Shown: piece after piece, positions 23,690 through 37,017 of the stretch | Layout of the letters: each line of letters opens with the position of its first letter | Position numbering within the stretch: the first letter of the stretch is position 1 | Assembly (NCBI GenBank): GCA_973895155.1 | Contig: OZ316893.1 | Coordinates: 24,045,520-24,109,519, forward strand | Length of the DNA stretch: 64,000 nt | Direction of reading: 5' to 3' | DNA from: Marsupella aquatica | Lineage: Eukaryota; Plantae; Marchantiophyta | Notes under the pieces: model-generated | Seen by the model: only the letters and a program-made list of their open reading frames with translations | Told to the model about the DNA's origin: nothing | Databases searched by the model: none | Translations under genes and position numbers: made by a program

Positions 23690-26600
23690 TGTTAGGATTT
23701 ACTCTTAGGTCTAGAGTAACGACTGCACCGGAGTTAAGGCTAACCTTAGTCGCAGACTTGGTTAGGTTAGTCATGTTGTGCACACTCTATAACCAAGCGG
23801 TGTTTACTTGGAGAGAGGAAACTCATGCTCATTGTTACGGAGCTAGTTGAGAGATAGGGAGAGCTTGTGCTATGGATGCTTGGTATGGCCGGTCGACCTA
23901 GAGTGCAGTAAAGCTCATGTGTGTTCCCATGGACATAGCCTCATGTGGAGGTAAACCATGTATCTCTTTGTGTCGACTCTTGTGCGTTGGATGGTTCATG
24001 GGCTTGCCGTTGCGATTGTTGTCTATGCTCAACAGGTAAGTAACTCAAATAAGACAAAGTAGTCAAAATTATTCACAAAGACAAATCCCTGTGTTCTCGT
24101 GCCTCGGTTCTCCCCCACTGCCTACTGGAGACCCATCGGTGGACTTCACTTTCCTGAGTTAAACGGCGATTAGGTTTGTAACTGGCCTTTTTGTGTTTAA
24201 ATCGACATTTTTTGGGGGTTACTATAGGGTGATTTTTTCCTAACCCCGGCCGCCCCATACCCCCGTCTTTACCCCCAAACCTCCTGTCAAATTGAGGGTA
24301 TTGGGTCTGTGAAGATTCAAATGTTTGATGGCGATGTGCGCACAGTGTCCGGGGTCAAGTATGTACCTAGCATGCGTAAGACTCTGATTTCACTTGGTGT
24401 GTTGGATTCAAATGGTCATCAATGGGACGTTATTGATGGTGAACTTCAAGTCAGGTCGGGAGAGACAATGATTTTGAAGGGGAACAGAAAGAAGAATTGC
24501 ATGTGTTGCAGGGCAATACTGTATGTGGAGAGGCCAATGTAACCAAGTCTCACAAGGAGATGATTCAACTGTGGTATTCATGGCTAGGCTACATGAGTGA
24601 GAAGGGTTTCTAGGCTATTTTGTAAAAGTATGGTCTCATTTCTGATTTGCAGTCTTGTAAATTAGAGTTCTATGAGCATTGCATTCTTGGAAAGTAGCAT
24701 CGTCGTGATTTTGGTGTTGGAACTCATCGTTCCAAGACGGTTCTTGAGTACATACATAATGACGTGTGGGGTCCATCCCCGACTCTCTCACACTCTGGAA
24801 AGTTGTATTATGTATCATTTATTGATGATTACTCAAGATTTATGTGGATTTATTTCATGACGCATAAGTCTGATGTTTTGTCCATTTTTAAGAAATGGAA
24901 GGCCTAGGTGGAGAATCAGACTGAAAACACGGTCAAGTGTTTGGATACAAGGGTGAAGAGTCTGAGGTCAGACAATGGTGGGGAGTACACTTCAGTGGAA
25001 TTTGAAGAAAACTATTTAGAATAGGGGATAACTTGCCATCTCACCACAATTTATACTCCGCAGCAAAATGGTGTCGTTGAGAGGCTCAATATATCGGACA
25101 CTATTTGAGCGGTCACGGAGTATGTTGAGCCAATCAGATTTACCACAGGAATTTTGGGCAGAAGCTGTCAATACCGTAGCTTAATTGGTAAATCTTTCTC
25201 CTTCTAGTGCTATCAATTTCAAAACACCGTTTGAGATGCGCTATAAGTGGCAAGCAGACTATCATGGCTTGGTAGTTTTTGGAAGTGATGCATATGCTCT
25301 CACACCAAAGCAGAATAGGACCAAGTTGGATCCTACCTCCAAGAAATGTGTTTTTCTTGGGTACCAAAGTGGTGTGAATGCCTATAGGCTATGAGATCCT
25401 ATTGCCTGTAAGCTTTTTGTCAGTAGGGATGTTTTCTTCAATGAATCTAGATTATTGAAGGAGGAAGATAATACTTAGGTTTCCCGTACTGACAAAGGAA
25501 AATCTCATATCCTGGATCTCGTTGAGGGGGAGATTGGTCATGAAATGCATGACCGGAGAGAAGGAGTTGCTCCAATTATGGAATTGGTTCTTGTGCCAAA
25601 GAAACTAGAGGAGTTTGTTGATGCTGGTGAGCAACAAGTGGATGCTGCTGAGCTTCAAATTGTACTAGCACACGCAGATTAACCGGAGTCATTAACTAGA
25701 AGAACATCTAGTCGCATTGTACACGCGCTCCACCAAGGGTATGGACAATGGGTTGATTCATCTCAGTTGCAAGAGGAGGATTTTGTTACTGATGATGAGG
25801 GTGATGTGTTGATTTTGGAAGAAGGGGAACCTTCTTCATTTCATGAGGCAAGTGCTTCTAAGGAGAAGCATAAGTGGATTGCAGCAATGCAAACGGATAT
25901 GCAATCACTAAAGGACAACAAGACTTGGGAGCTTGTCAAGCAGCCTGAGGGACAACAAGTGGTGGATAGCAAGTGGATATACAAGTTGAAGGATCAATCC
26001 ACGGGAGGTGGATCAAAGGTGTACAAGGCTAGGTTGGTAGCCAAATGATTCACACAGGAAAAAAATGTGAATTACAATGAGGTCTTCTCATCAGTTGCTA
26101 GGTACTCAACAATACGGCTATTGTGTGTGCTTGTTATTATGTTTGATTTGTTGCTAGATCATATGGATGTTGTTATAGCTTTCCTCTATGGCACCTTGGA
26201 AGAGTTGATCTTCATGAGACACCCGCTAGGTTTTGTGAAGAGAGGGCAAGAGGATTTGGTTTGCAGATTGCTGAGATCCTTGTACGGGTTGAAGCAGTCA
26301 CCAAGACAGTGGAATAAGTGGTTTGATGATTGGATTCGTGGGATAGCAAGCCAGTAAGTACCCCGTCCACACTTCAAGTTGTCATCAACTTTCTATCCTA
26401 CGGAAGAGACAGAGAAGGGGTTGATGTCAAAGGTTCCTTATGACAAGGCAATGGGGAGTCTCATGTATTTGATGACTTGCACTAGACCTGATCTTGCCAT
26501 GGCTATGGGCAAGGTGAGCAAGTACATGTTGAATCCAAGGAAGGTACACTGGGAAGCAGTGAAGTGGATTATTTGGTACTTGAAGAGTACCGTGGATCAT

Positions 26601-29273
26601 GGTCTATTGTTTGATGCACATGCTGATAATGCTAGATCATTGATGGGCTATGTAGATGCTGACTATGCACAGGATTGGATCGGAGGAGGTCAACAATAGG
26701 TTATGTGTAGTGGTGGACCTTGTCACCCAGCGCCCTCACCAATCCTAGCACTTGCGCCTAAGTGCCCTTGGTGCCCGAACGCCTCCACGAAATACCTCGA
26801 GCAAGCATCCAAGTGCCTCTAGCACCACCAGCGGCCACTCCCATACGAAGTCGCACTTGCTCACCTACACGACCGCTACTCAACGGTCCTCACTATCTGC
26901 ACAAACAACCAAGCACTTTGGTAAGTAACCCCTTCGGATCTAGAACTCGCCGAGTCTAGCATCCTAACTCAAGCTCAACAGATGTTGGTAAATAGGTCAG
27001 CGATAGGTCCTCCCGATGCCATAAGCCGGAACCAGAACCCACGCCCACTGTCCGTCCAGGACAGCCCCTTCCTTGGGCGCGGCCCAGGTTCCCCCTCGTA
27101 CCTATCCATCACCACTGACCGCCCTGACCTTAGGACATGCTCATGGCCCAAATAGCGTAGCTTGTCCTAAAGCTTGTCCCAAGCTTGTCTCAACACGCCG
27201 GGACCAGAACGGCCCCGACTCTAACACCGACTCCCGGTTTGCCCCACTGATGGTCTAGGGACCGAGTGCCCTTGGGACTCAGCCTCCATACCTACTTGGC
27301 CTTGCCTCCCCAATGCAAGCTCCCTTGGGAGGCTAAACGTGGCTTGGCTGCTGTTCGGCAGGATTTGGCAAATGGGCAAGCTAACACCCGCAAACCACAA
27401 GAACCCATGGCACCCCCAGACCCAATTGAGCTCAGGAGGGCGTAGCTCTCTTCAAGAGCTTTCCAACGAACCCAATAAGTCCTCCAACGAACTTCCCGTT
27501 TGGAAGATATCGCCATTTCCGTTTGGCGGTTTCCCTTAGTGTCGCGACCGCCGCGGCTCACGACTTCGGCTCGCTCTTAGCCCCCAGGGAGACACCACTC
27601 CCCTCATATATGCTTCTGGAGACCTGCCACCCTCGGACCAGCTTTGGTCCCTAAACATTTGGCTCCCAACCCGGATTCCATCGCGCATAATGGGCGTGCC
27701 ACCAACTGGCAACGCCCATAACTTTCTTGATAGGCATCCGCAAGCGGAGTGCCTTAGCCTGTTGTGACTGGGCTGACCCAGTGCTCATGCCTAGGCCCTC
27801 AGGTCTGATCGCTGCTCGGGGCCCCTGACCGGCCCAACCCGGCTCGGGCCACAACTTGCGCCCCAAGCGTCCGTTGCCAATGGCATCAACTTCATTGGCC
27901 TTGGGCCCAAGAGGAGCTCACTTCCAAGCCCTCAGAACTCAAAGCCCATCCGATGGTCCGGACGGCCACCCTTGAGCCCGGTCCATTTCCCCTTGACCCA
28001 ACCAGCGGTAGGCTAGTCCAAGTCCTTAGTGTGTGTCCCCAGCTTGGCCTCTTGCCTCGCTAGTGCCACGTCTCATCACCCACCAATCTCCCCATGCTAA
28101 GTCCTCCCCGGATGGCCTATCCGGGCCTGGACCATAAGGGAGCTCGGCGTCGGAGTCAGCGACGCCGGAGCTAAGTGTTAAGGTAGTCGAGTTCCGCGAC
28201 TTGTGTTCACACTTGGCGGTGGATGCATAAGTTGGAGGTCTACTTTGCATAAATGTATTGCTCAGTCTACTACAGAAGCGGAGTATGTTGCAGAAGCAAA
28301 GTATGTTGCAGCAGCAAAAGCAGCAAAGGAAGCAATTTGGTTGGATAGAGTGATCACTGAGATGGGATTGCCACAGGGGAATGTGAAGCTCCATTGTGAT
28401 AGTCAGAGTGCGCTCCACCTTGCTGTGAACCAGGTGATGGATAGGAGAATGAAGCACATCGACGTCAGGTACCATTTTATCAGGCAGGTTGTGTCTAATA
28501 ATATGTTTGAGCTAGTCAAGATTAAAGGTAAACTCAACCCGGTTGACGCTTTTACCAAAGTGATTCCTTTGGAGAGTTTTTCTAGACACCGTGATGTGTT
28601 GCAGGTTTTGCAATTGCCTCACAAGTAAGGTTACTTAACATTTGTATAGATATTGAGATATGCTCTTGCTCTTTCCTTATATAGGCTACGGCTTAGTTCT
28701 GGTCTACTCTCATATAAACAAGGAAAAACCGGTTTGGTTTTTCTTTCCAGAACTTCCTGTTGAGCAATCATATTGGTAGCAGTCTTTACCCTCCCTTAGA
28801 CCAGAGTAAAGGGGGAGATTGTTAGGATTTACTCTAAGGTCTAGAGTTACAACTGTACCGGAATTAAGGCTAACCGTAGTCACAGACTTGGTTAGGTTAG
28901 TCAAGTTGTGCACACTCTATAACCAAGCGGTGTTTTCTTGGAGAGTGGAAACTTAGGCTCATTGCTACGGAGCTAGTTGAGAGATAGGGAGAGCTTGTGC
29001 TGTGGATGCTTGGTATGGCCGGTCGGCCTAGAGTGCAGTAAAGCTCATGTGTATTCCCATGGACGTAGCCTCATGTGGAGCTAAACCATGTATCTCTCTG
29101 TGCCGACTCTTGTGCGTTGGATGGTTCATGGGCTTGCCGTTGCAATTGTCATCTATGCTCAACAGGTAAGTAACTCAAATAAGACAAAGTGGTCAGAATT
29201 ATTCACAGAGACAAATCCATGTGTTCTCGTGCCTCGGTTCTCCCCCACTGCCTACTGGAAACCCACCCGAACA
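23690..29273 (+). mobile_element. Defective Ty1/copia LTR retrotransposon 1 (LTRs 23690-24135, truncated, and 28820-29273); gag deleted
   Basis: LTRs start TGTTAGG and differ at about 28 of 446 positions by hand count. PPT agagtaaagggggagat precedes the 3' LTR. pol remnants include GIGSVKIQMFDG, DVWGP, RSDNGGEY, QQNGVVE, YKARLVAK, SLYGLKQSPRQW, GYVDADYA and MKHIDVRYHFIR, with many stops and frameshifts. Confidence 0.95.
26706..28201 (-). mobile_element. About 1.5-kb GC-rich solo-LTR-like insertion in the RNase H of copia 1
   Basis: Interrupts the codons for RRSTIGYV|FTLGGGCISW. Ends tgtagtgg...ccgcgact are imperfect inverted termini (TG..CA-like). No coding motifs. The TSD is not clean. Confidence 0.7.
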
Positions 29274-32200
29274 TTTTGGCTGAGGTCTGTGTCACTTTTT
29301 CAGGCCAGGGTTGCTTTCTCACACTCGATGCTGCCCATGCCCTAACTGTCCATTGTTATCTAAGCCATCAAATTCTACTTACAAGGCCTTCCCAACTTTG
29401 GAATTGCTACAGGGTGCCCACCATTATAGTAACCTTCTCATCTGGGGGGAGGTTTGCTTCAGGATTTATAGCTCTTAATTGCATTAGCTGAAATAGAAGG
29501 ATTGGATCAAAAAGCCATACAATCTATAAGACCCAGGTTTTCCAAGCTCCGTGGACTTGCCATCGCCAATGCTTGTTGACGTTGCTAGCTTCCTCGTGAT
29601 CTGAGGCAAATGTGATTGATGAATGACTGGTTGTGTCAGCTTCTCCAACTATGTCAGTCTATACTTGAGAGACGATCTTCTACAGTGTATATGCTGAGAT
29701 GTCACCAAAATTTCATCCCAATAAACATTTCAGGTAGGCAAGGTTGTGTTTGAATGGCACCGTCAATTTTCCAACAAAGGAAGCAAAGAATGCGCTACAA
29801 TTCACAAGGACTATGATGACATTTCCAGAATCTTACTACCTTGAATAGATATCCAAGTCATGCAATTTATTGAACAGGCACAGCGAAGAGAAAGGCCGTT
29901 ACCACATTGCAAACAGAAAATCACAAGGACTATGTTTGTTGGAATTCTACTTAGAATTATACGTTCCATGCAAGTTGCATAAAATTGGTTACAAGCTATG
30001 CTATGTTCTTGGTAGCTTCTATTAGTTTCTTGATTGGCATCTAGCCCCGTGGGTGCCACTTGTTGAGTATTGCCAGCAAGCTATTTAATGTGGGGCCTGC
30101 CCTGTGTTCATTGTCTTTTATTCATGATTCAGTGAAAAGGTGTCCACGACCCTTTTCTTCATGGTATCAGAGCCCTGAGTATTCTATGTTGTGTGAGGAG
30201 CAAGTGCCCTTGAACATTACCTGTGAGTATAGGGAGAGAGTGTCCTGTAAGTCCAGCTACAAGACAAAGTGAGACCTGAATTTTTTTGAGTCGAGGAGCA
30301 ATGGAATTTCGTTACATGAGCACCAAGGAAAAGAAGCTTGATGGGTCCAAGTACCCCATATGGTCCTTCTGTATGCAGCAGATCCTAGTGGAGAAGAACC
30401 CATGGAATATTGTGAAGGGAGCAGATGAAGCACAAGAATCTGACGAGGAGGGCTCTGACGATGAAGAAGTGGAGGAGCTCCAACCCGTGTTGAGTACAAA
30501 GCAGGAGGCGCAACCCAATGTTCTTGCTTACGTTAGCGATCTTGGATACTATTATGAGTCGATACACATTGATGCAAGATCCCACAATTTTGTGGTCTTT
30601 GCTTAAGAGAGCATATGGTGCTAATACCCTGGTTTGACGGCGCATGCTGAGGCGACAACTGCTCACCATGCGATTTCCTAAAGGTCGGTCCATGTCTGAG
30701 AATTTTTGGCATGTTGGCACCCTCCTTTCACAACTTGCTATCGTCAGAGCTTCTCCTACTGATAATGAGATGGTGGACATTACAGTGTTAGATGCACTTC
30801 CAGCTAGCTGAGATGTGTTTCAAACCATGATAGCCGGTCGTGAGGTACCTCCGACATATGTTCAGCTTGAGAATCTGGCTCTTGCAGAAGAGCACAAGCG
30901 CAAGAATCGCCCAAAAGTCACTAAGGCAGCTTTCTGGGCTCACACATCGAACTGCGGGAGAGGACATGGAGCTTTTCGTGGCGGTCATAGACCTTTCACA
31001 GTCGCAATTTCCAGGGGCCCCCTCGGGCTTCCCCTGGAACCAACTTTAACAAGCAGCGTGGAGCTTGCCACCTTTGTGGAGACTCCAATCACTATGCTCG
31101 TGAATGTCCTTCAAAATCTCTAGAAGCACAGATCCAAGAGCTGACAGCTAAGCTTACTAAGCTTCGTAGCAATAAGCCGAGTGCTAATTTAGCTGAGGGC
31201 GACAATAACCCCAAGATATTTGTGGATGCTGATGAAGAAGCCTTCGATGAGGATCTCTCTAGAGATCAGGCAATTGTTCAAGCTAATCTCTTTGAGATCA
31301 AATCAGACCCCAATGAGGATTGGTTTCTGGATTCAGGCGCTAGTATTCACCTGGCCGGAAAGAAACATGTTCTTTCCAACTATGTACCGGTTTCTACTCA
31401 CTCCATTGTGACCACTGTTGGGGGTTCAGCTTTGGACATCAAGGGCAAGGGGGCCATCCATTTTGATGAGAATAAATCTGTTTCTAATGTTTTGTATGTG
31501 CTGCGTACTCGCAAAAGTTTACTTTCTATTGGCAAGCTCACTGATCTTGGCCATGTTGTGTACTTTAATTCCACTCGTTGTGTTGTGTTGGATAAAGCTA
31601 AGAATCCTTTTCTCACTGGTTCTCATGATTCTTTCAATCGCCTTTATCGTTTGGATCGGGGTCCACCTGACAAATTTGTAATTCCCCCCGATTCCCTTTC
31701 TTCTTTATTTTTGCCATCCCGTCTTTGTCTTTTGTGCCATCAGGTGGAATCTACTCTTCCATTTGTTTCATCTGTTCCATCTGTTCCTCCGGTTTCCCAT
31801 GTTCCATTTCCACCTACTCTTGTTGATCTCTGGCATAAACGCATGGGGCACATCAATTTCCAAAAATTGCACCACATGTCTACTCATGGCTTAGTTGAAG
31901 GTCTTCCTCACCTTCCTCATGTCAAACTTCTCTGTTCCACCTGTATCCATGCCAAACAGACTAGAGAAAGGATTCCCCAAAACTGTCGGTCCCACACTAC
32001 TCGTCCTTTTGAGTTGGTGCACAGTGATGTTTGTGGACCTTTTTCTGTTCCATCTCTTTCTGGGGCCCGATATTTTTTCACCTTCACAAATGATTTCACT
32101 CGACACTCTTGGGTATATTTTCTTGTATGTAAGTCTGAAGTCTTCTACAAATTTCAAGATTTTTGCTCCTTCCTCTTGAATCAATTTCAGGCTCATATTG

Positions 32201-33107
32201 GCTGTTTATGTTCAGATAGGGGAGGGGAGTATAACTCCCATGAATTCAATCGTTTCTGTACTGTCCATGGGATTTGTTGACATTTTATAGCAACATACAC
32301 TCCTCACCAAAATGGCGTCAGTGAGCAGAAGAATTGGACCCTCCTTGAAGGGGCACGTAGCTTACGTTTTAACACACAACTTCCTCATTTTCTCTGGGAA
32401 GAAATGGTCTGCACCGCCAACTTTTTCTTCAATCGATCACCTACCTCACTCTGCATTTAAGTACTCCATATGAAAAATTATTTGGGCAGAAGCCCAGTCT
32501 TCAACATCTTCAAATTATTGGCTGTATTTCTTATCGCCATATTCCCAATCAACTGTGGACCAAGCTTGACATCAAGTCTCATGCTGCTCTTCTTCTGGGC
32601 TATGATGAGCAGACAAAAGGTTATCGCTGTTTTTCTCCTGAGAAGAATAAGATCCTAATCAGCCGTGACGAACACCATTTTAAGGTGCCCTCTCTCTTTG
32701 CATCTTCCCCCAAATTCTTTGATGTCTCTGCCACAGAACCTCTTCCTTCCTCACTCAGTCCCACCATTTTACCTACATCACCTGTTATTTCTGACATTTC
32801 TTCGTCTTCCCTTCCCCCTTCTTCTCCTGTTCCTGCTTCCGCTGTTTCCTCTCCAGATCGTAGTTTTGGGCGAATCACAAAGCCCAATGTTTGCATGGAG
32901 GGCTACGTACTCCAACTCTCTTCCACTGACATCAATGCCTGTGCTATTGAAACTGATGATCCCATCAGTGATAATCTCAGCCTCCAGAAAGCTCTCTCTC
33001 ACCCCCGATGGTATGCTGACATGGAAGAAGAAATTATGTCCATACATAAGCGACAGACCTGGACTCTTGTTCCCCTTCCTCTTGGAAAATTGGCTATCCC
33101 CTGAAAA

Positions 33108-34597
33108 TCTACATATATAACACTGGATCCCGCCAAAAGTTGTCAATTGTCCCGTTACAAAATGAGATTTGGTGGGAACATTGGCTCACCATTGGATTTA
33201 TGTTATCCTTTATTCCCACCTTTGATCAGTTACAAATGAGTGTAACCAAAGCAAACAAGACAATAAGGTACCTAGGTGGTAACTAGGTGATAATGAAATG
33301 AGTGTAACCAAAGCAAACAAGACAATAAGGTACCTAGGTGGTAACTAGGTGATAATAATTGTGAGTGAACACCTAGCAGGTACCACAACATAATTTTTTG
33401 TCACATATGAATATTTAATAGTCTATGCAATCATTAGATGCGAAAGTAGTTTGTGTTATTGGAAGGAAACAGATGTATAATTAGAAATACTCTCCAGCTA
33501 AATGGATTTAGATAATTTTGAGCAATATATTTATTAGTGGGAAGGGAATTTTGCAGTTTTGTTTTTTTTTCTTTCTCAAAAAGCTAAAATTTGATTTTTC
33601 CTTTTAATGTATCTTTGATGTACTGATAGGGGGAAAGGAGTGTCTCCCATATAATACCCTATTCTACCAAGAAGATGAAATAGTTCTTTTCTAAACTCAT
33701 CATAAAATGGGAATCAATCTTAGACCTTTATCAAAACATTGTTTTTTACACTCTGAGATCTATCCATACACACCATTTCAAATAAATGTCTACCCTAACT
33801 ACAATTTAGCCTGTCTGCACCTACCCAAGATAATAACTTAACTTTAAATAATCAACTGTATTTATATTTAGAAAAATGGGGATAAATTTTTAATTTTTTT
33901 AAATGGAATGTAAATAAAGCACAGAAAATGCTTATTTCTCTACAAATTGAAAACTTTAATTTAAAAAACACATTTTTTTCTGTCACTCGGTTAGACTCTA
34001 TGATGCGGTGGTCGCTATCCCGCTTCTCCAATTTTTATGTGCAACACGAGTTACAGAACACAACCACAACAATTGTATGGCCAGAATTGCACCAATACCA
34101 ACAACTACATGGCAAAGCTCTTTTATATGTCTCCTTAACATCTTTTTTCACTTGCAGATATTTTTCTAATCTTTACATATGTATTGCTTTTCAGCATCTT
34201 TTTCTCATTTCACCATTTTTCTCACATTCACATCTTTACCTCACCATGACATTTTTTCTTCACTTGACATATTTTCTCCCCTTGACATCTGTTTCTCTCC
34301 TCCACATCTTCTCTCACCTTGACATCTTTATCTCACTGCCACATCTTTCCCTCTTGCTCAACATTTCTTTCGCCCAACAACTTTTCTTCACCTCGACTTC
34401 TTTTTCTCTCATCGACATATTTTTTCATCTCAACACCCTTTCCTCACCTCAACATGTTTTTTTCACCTCAACTTCTTTTTCTCTCCTCAACTTCCTTTTT
34501 TCTCATCGACATCTTTTTTCATCATAACATCTTTTTTCATCATAACATCTTTTCTTTACCTCAACATCTTTTGTGCAACGCACAGGCATGGGGCTAG
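33108..34597 (+). mobile_element. Non-autonomous Helitron (1490 bp) inserted in the RT of copia 2
   Basis: Inserted between A and T (tgaaaa|TC...CTAG|tgggtc) without a TSD. 3' hairpin tgtgc-aac-gcaca lies about 10 nt before CTAG. Removing it restores LAIP*KWVYKRKP. Contains a 62-bp duplication (33234-33356) and an acatctttttctc minisatellite. Confidence 0.92.
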
Positions 34598-34639
34598 TGG
34601 GTCTATAAAAGAAAACCCATCAGTCCCACTCATGCTCGT

Positions 34640-34949
34640 CTCAAGGCCTGGCTTGTTGCTCGTGGGGACTATCAACGGCATGACATAATTGATTTCTTTG
34701 ACTCAAGGCCTGGCTTGTTGCTCGTGGGGACTATCAACGGCATGACATAATTGATTTCTTTGACTCAAGGCCTGGCTTGTTGCTCGTGGGGACTATCAAC
34801 GGCATGACATAATTGATTTCTTTGACTCAAGGCCTGGCTTGTTGCTCGTGGGGACTATCAACGGCATGACATAATTGATTTCCTTGACTCAAGGCCTGGC
34901 TTGTTGCTCGTGGGGACTATCAACGGCATGACATAATTGATTTCTTTGA
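34640..34949. repeat. 62-bp x5 tandem amplification of the copia RT segment LKAWLVARGDYQRH
   Basis: ctcaaggcctggcttgttgctcgtggggactatcaacggcatgacataattgatttctttga at 34640, 34702, 34764, 34826 and 34888, with one substitution in copy 4. Confidence 0.97.
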
Positions 34950-35439
34950 CACTTTTGCTCCAGTTATTAAGTGGTCTACTTTACGGGTCATGACTGCTGT
35001 TGCTGCCTCCCAGGTTTGGACCATTTTCCACATGGATGTGGACACTGCCTTTCTCAATTGCAAGTTGACTGAATGTATATATCTGAAATAGCCTCCTAGA
35101 TTTATTATTCCCGGTACTGAGCACTTAGTTAGCCAGCTCAATAATTCTCTATATGGTTTGAAACAATCCTCCTGAGCCTGGTATGAGACTTTGGATGCGG
35201 TCTCACATGATCTAGGCTGGCAACGCAGTTCATGGGACAACAATCTCTATTATTATAAGGATGATGCTTCCATCACATTCATTCTTACTCACGTGGATGA
35301 TTTTTTTATTACTAGCAATAGTGTGTACAAGATTGCTGAGCTCAAGGCTGCCCTCCAAGCTAAATCGAGAGCTAAATTCAGTATCAAGGACCTAGGCCCT
35401 GTTCGCAAGTATCTAGGCATTGAATTTGAGACTTCAGAG

Positions 35440-35739
35440 GGGTCATTGTAGTGTGCGAGTAAACAGTAGAAATTTTCCTCGCATGAGCAAAAAGTTTACT
35501 CACATGACCCCTAATTTTTCTATATGCAATTGTCTCGCTAACAGTAAACTGCTTGATAACATCTATTTTGGGGACTCCTCTTTTTGCTAGCGATCTCGCT
35601 AGTCATCTGGAGTCATAAAAAACACACACAAAATAGAAAAGGCAGCAAAAAGCAAAATAAATTTAAAACCACAAGGGTCTCGCTAACAATACTCCCTTCG
35701 CTAACAAAACTCCTGTTTGCTCGCATTATAGAATACCTC
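35440..35739. mobile_element. 300-bp Mutator-like MITE with 9-bp TSD in the RT of copia 2
   Basis: TSD ACTTCAGAG at 35431-35439 and 35740-35748. TIRs gggtcattgtagtgtgcgagtaaacag and the reverse complement gaggtattctataatgcgagcaaacag match 19/27 ungapped. Removing it restores EFETSEHGITMH. Confidence 0.88.
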
Positions 35740-37017
35740 ACTTCAGAGCATGGCATCACCATGCATTAGAAAAGCTATTGTCTTGAAATGCTAGAGGAAT
35801 TTAAAATGTTAGATTGTACAAGTGCTTTTACTCCTCTTTCCCCTGGATTGACTCTTTCAGCAGATTCCTCAGCCCCTGATGCTGATCTAGAGCTCTATTG
35901 TCGGATGGTTGGAAAGCTCATTTATCTTACCAACACTAGACCTGACATTGCTTTTGCTGTCAGCATGGTTAGTAGATTCATGCAGCATCCCAAACTTCAT
36001 CATCTACAAGCTACTCAACATATTTTCCTATACATCTGCAAGCACACTATTGACTTTGGTATTCTGCACACTCAAAAATTGAATCTTGGTTCCAGCCCAG
36101 TTGCCTGGAACTTTAAAAGACAGGCTACCACATCAAGATCTTCCACTGAGTCCGAATATTTGTCTTTGTCCTCTGGTGCCCAAGAAGTGGTATATATTCA
36201 TCGTCTTTTACAGGAATTGGACATTTTACCGTCTGCCGCTGTACCACTTCAATGCACGGATCATGATATTTTATCCGCTCTTCCTAGTTCTGCTCTTACT
36301 GTTCATTGTGATAATCAAGGAGCCATCAAACTAGCTAAGAATCCTGTTTTTCATGCTAGGACTAAACATATTGAAGTTCATCATCATTTTATTCGAGAAC
36401 AAGTCTTGGAAGGGGAGATTACACTGCAATACATATCGACTGATCACCAGCCAACAGATATTTTAACCAAGGCTCTATCCCGGTTCAAATTTGAACAACA
36501 TTGCACTGCTATTGGTATTAGAGATTTATCTTCATATAGATAATTTTGACTTTACAAATAGACAACTTACATAGAATATTGTCAAATCATTCTTCTGTAC
36601 ATTTGTCTCTTAGTTCCTTTTTGCGTTGACCATTATATATTAGTCACTCCTCTGCTGATTCTATAACAGCTTAAGGAGTGAGGGGGGGGGGGGGGGGTGT
36701 TGGAATTCTACTTAGAATTATACTCTCTATGCAAACTGTATAAAATTGGTTACAAGCTATGTTATGTTCTTGTGTTAGTTTCTTGATTGGCATCTAGCCC
36801 CGTGGGTGCCACTTGCTGAGTATTGCCAGCAAGCTATTTAATGCGGGCCCACCCTGTGTTCATTGTCTTTTATTCATGATTCAGTAAAAAGGTGTCCACG
36901 ACCCTTTTCTTCAATGTTGACATTTCCAGAATCTTACTAGCAATAGATATCCAAGTCATGCAAGTTATTGAATAGGAACAGAAAGTCACAAGGACTATGT
37001 TGACATTCCAGAATCTT

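Larger units (their letters stand above)
29937..36913 (+). mobile_element. Full-length but inactivated Ty1/copia LTR retrotransposon 2
   Basis: LTRs 29937-30161 and 36698-36913 (TG...CA). TSD ATGTT at 29932-29936 and 36914-36918. tRNA-iMet PBS TGGTATCAGAGC at 30162, and a poly-G PPT. Motifs: gag CCHC CHLCGDSNHYARECP, protease WFLDSGAS, GAG-pre-integrase WHKRMGH, integrase HSDVCGP/DRGGEY, RT THVDD and RNase H ARTKHIEVHHHFIRE. Confidence 0.97.

Noticed and set aside
26696-28210. A defined TSD for the solo-LTR-like insert
   Set aside because: The junctions ggttatg|tgtagtgg and ccgcgact|tgtgttc do not give a clean 4-6 bp duplication, so none is claimed.
33928-34527. 199-aa hydrophobic ORF in the Helitron as a captured membrane-protein gene
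   Set aside because: It arises from a pyrimidine-rich acatctttttctc minisatellite and has no recognisable domain.
34640-34949. Possible CRISPR-like array
   Set aside because: Units are contiguous and identical with no unique spacers, they derive from copia RT, and the context is eukaryotic.
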